From Euglena gracilis (Eukaryota): 64,000 nt of DNA. Within the stretch, counting starts at the first letter, position 1. Every line of letters begins with the position of its first letter. Below are positions 61,301 through 64,000 of the stretch, in pieces. The stretch is from assembly GCA_039621445.1 (NCBI GenBank), contig CP154954.1, positions 27,578,123-27,642,122 of the forward strand. The letters are read 5' to 3'. The notes under the pieces were generated by a model. That model was given only the letters and a program-made list of their open reading frames with translations, ran no database searches and was not told the origin of the DNA. Both the position numbers and the translations under genes were made by a program.

Positions 61301-64000
61301 TGGCCAGGGACACTTTGGTCAAAGTGGCCTTGGCCAGGGACACTTTGGTCAACGTGCCCTTGGCCAGCGAAACTGTGGTCAAAGTGGCCTTGGCCAGGGA
61401 CACTTTGGTCAAAGTGGCCTTGGCCAGGAACACTTTGGTCAAAGTGGCCTTGGCCAGTGACACCTTGGTCAAAGTGGCCTTGGCCAGGGACACTTTGGTC
61501 AAAGTGGCCTTGTCCAGGGACACTTTGGTCAAATTTGCCTTGGCCAGGGACACTTTGGTTAAAGTGGCCTTGGCCAGGGACACTTCGGTCAAAGTGGCCT
61601 TGGCCAGGGACACTTTGGTCAAAGCGGCCGTGGCCAGGGATCCTTTGGTCAAAGTGGCCTTGGCCAGGGACACTTTGGTCAAAGTGGCCTTGACCAGGGA
61701 CACTTTGGTCAAAGTGGCCTTGGCCAGGGACACTTTGGTCAAAGTGGCCTTGGCCAGGGACAGTTTGGTCAAAGTGGCCTTGGCCAGGGACACTTTTGTC
61801 AAAGTGGCATCTGCTAGGGACACTTTGTTCAAAGTGGCCTTGGCCAGGGACACTTTGGTCAAAGTGGCCATGGCCAGGGACACTTTGGTCAAATTTGCCT
61901 TGTCCAGGGACACTTTGGTCAAATTTGCCTTGGCCAGGGACACTTTGGTCAAAGCGGCCTTGGCCAGGGACACTTTGGTCAAAGTGGCATTGGCCAGAGA
62001 CACTTTGGTCAAAGTGGCCTTGGCCAGGGACACTTTGGTCAAAGTGGCCTTGGCCAGGGACACTTTGGGCAAAGTGGCCTTGGCCAGGGACACTTTGGGC
62101 AAAGTGGCCTTGGCCAGGGACACTTTGGTCAAATTTGCCTTTTCCAGGGACACTTTGGTCAAATTTGCCTTGGACAGGGACACTTTGGTCAAAGCGGCCT
62201 TGGCCAGGGATCCTTTTGTCAAAGTGGCATTGGCCAGAGACACTTTGCTCAAAGTGGGATTGGCCAGGGACACTTTGGTCAAAGTGGCCTTGGCCAGGGA
62301 CACTTTGGTCAAAGTGGCCTTGGCCAGGGACTCTTTGGTCAAATTGGCCTTGGCCAGGGACACTTTGGTCAAAGTGGCCTTGGCCAGGGACACTTTGGTC
62401 AAAGTGGCCTTTGGCCAGGGACACTTTGGTCAAAGTGGCCTTCGCCAGGGACACTTTGGTCAAAGTTGCCTTGGCCAGGGACACTTTAGTCAAAGTGGCC
62501 TTGACCAGGGAAACTTTGGTCAAAGTGGCCTTGGCCAGGGACACTGTGGTCAAAGTGGCCTTGGCCAGGGACACTTTGGTCAAAGTGGCCTTGGCCAGGG
62601 ACACTTTGGTCAAAGTGGCCTTGGCCAGGGACACTTTGGTCAAAGTGGCCTTGGCCAGGGACACTTTGGTCAAAGTGGCCTTGGCCAGGGACACCTTGGT
62701 CAACTTGGCCTTGGCCAGGGACACTTTGGTCAAAGTGGCCTTGGCCAGGGACACTTTGGTCAAAGTGGCCTTGGCCAGGGACGCCTTGGTCAAAGTGGCC
62801 TTGGCCAGGGACACTTTGGTCAAAGTGGCCTTGGCCAGGGACACTTTGGTCAAAGTTGCCTTGTCCAGGGACACTTTGGTCAAAGTGGCCTTGTCCAGGG
62901 ACACTTTGGTCAAATTTGCCTTGGCCAGGGACAATTTGGTCAAAGTGGCCTTGGCCAGGGACACTTTGGTCAAGGGACCTTGTCCAGGGACACTTTGGTC
63001 AAATTTGCCTTGGCCAGGGACACTTTGGTCAAAGTGGCCTTGGCCAGGGACACTTTGGTCAAAGTGGCCTTGGCCAGGGACACTTTGGTCAAAGTGGCCT
63101 TGGCCAGGGACACTTTGGTCAAAGTTGCCTTGGCCAGGGACACTTTGGTCAAAGTGGCCTTCGCCAGGGACACTTTGGTCAAAGTTGCCTTGGCCAGGGA
63201 CGCTTTGGTCAAAGTGGCCTTGGCCAGGGACACTTTGGTCAACGTGCCCTTGGCCAGCGACACTGTGGTCAAAGTGGCCTTGGCCAGGGACACTTTGGTC
63301 AAAGTGGCCTTGGCCAGTGACACCTTGGTCAAAGTGGCCTTGGCCAGGGACACTTTGGTCAAAGTGGCCTTGTCAAGGGACACTTTGGTCAAATTTGCCT
63401 TGGCCAGGGACACTTTGGCTAAAGTGGCCTTGGCCAGGGACACTTCGGTCAAAGTGGCCTTGGCCAGGGACACTTTGGTCAAAGCGGCCGTGGCCAGGGA
63501 TCCTTTGGTCAAAGTGGCCTTGTCCAGGGACACTTTGGTCAAGTTTGCCTTGGCCAGGGACACTTTGGTCAAAGTGGCCTTGGCCAGGGACACTTTGGTC
63601 AAAGTGGCCTTGGCCAGGGACACCTTGGTCAAAGTGGCCTTGGCCAGGGACACTTTGGTCAAAGTGGCCTTGGCCAGGGACACTTTGGTCAAAGTGGCCT
63701 TGGCCAGGGGCACTTTGGTCAAAGTGGCCTTGGCCAGGGACACCTTGGTCAAAGTGGCCTTGGACAGGGGCACTTTGGTCAAAGTGGCCTTGGCCAGGGA
63801 CACGTTGGTCAAAGTGGCCTTGACCAGGGACACTTTGGTCAAAGTGGCCTTGGCCAGGGACACTTTGGTCAAAGTGGCCTTGGCCAGGGACAGTTTGGTC
63901 AAAGTGGCCTTGGCCAGGGACACTTTGGTCAAAGTGGCCTTGGCCAGGGACACTTTTATCAAAGTGGCCTTCGCCAGGGACACTTTGGTCTAAGTGGACT

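Larger units (their letters stand above)
26205..64000 (+). repeat. 30-bp minisatellite/satellite array, consensus GGACACTTTGGTCAAAGTGGCCTTGGCCAG (about 1260 copies, runs off window end)
   Basis: Uninterrupted 30-bp period in a single orientation, with point variants and occasional 28/29/31/33/36-bp units. The consensus is 17/30 GC with no CpG. Confidence 0.99.

Noticed and set aside
26124-63993. Very long ORFs (up to 1891 aa) as real CDS, e.g. pentapeptide-repeat or Gly/Gln-rich structural proteins
   Set aside because: They overlap in five frames on both strands, have no unique N- or C-terminal domain, and are frameshifted repeatedly by amplified indels.
26205-64000. CRISPR array (30-bp partly palindromic repeat)
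   Set aside because: The units are directly head-to-tail with no unique spacers, no leader and no cas genes.
1-64000. Canonical telomeric repeats (TTAGGG, TTAGG, TTTAGGG)
   Set aside because: No tandem runs are present. The arrays could still be subtelomeric, but this cannot be judged from the window.

Overview
The window is almost entirely tandem-repeat DNA, most likely eukaryotic satellite or heterochromatin. I can support no credible gene, RNA gene or CRISPR array. There are four blocks: (1) 1-4865, about 23 copies of a 213-bp monomer; (2) 4866-5568, the only unique sequence, a 703-bp spacer packed with inverted repeats; (3) 5569-26206, about 97 copies of the same 213-bp monomer in the opposite orientation; (4) 26205-64000, about 1260 copies of a quasi-palindromic 30-bp unit (GGACACTTTGGTCAAAGTGGCCTTGGCCAG) with nested higher-order duplications, running off the window. 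Outside the spacer, the ORFs in the track are by-products of the repeats. The most striking observation is that all three block junctions fall on the same 9-bp motif of the monomer (CCTTACTCC/GGAGTAAGG). Both spacer junctions break at the same nucleotide, the centre of the dyad TTACTC-C-GAGTAA, and both spacer ends read CAAA|GGAGTAAGG outward. This points to a site-specific process rather than a random inversion. Candidates are a giant foldback-type element with modular tandem-repeat arms, templated repeat addition to both DNA ends, or dyad-targeted recombination. The mechanism is inference only.
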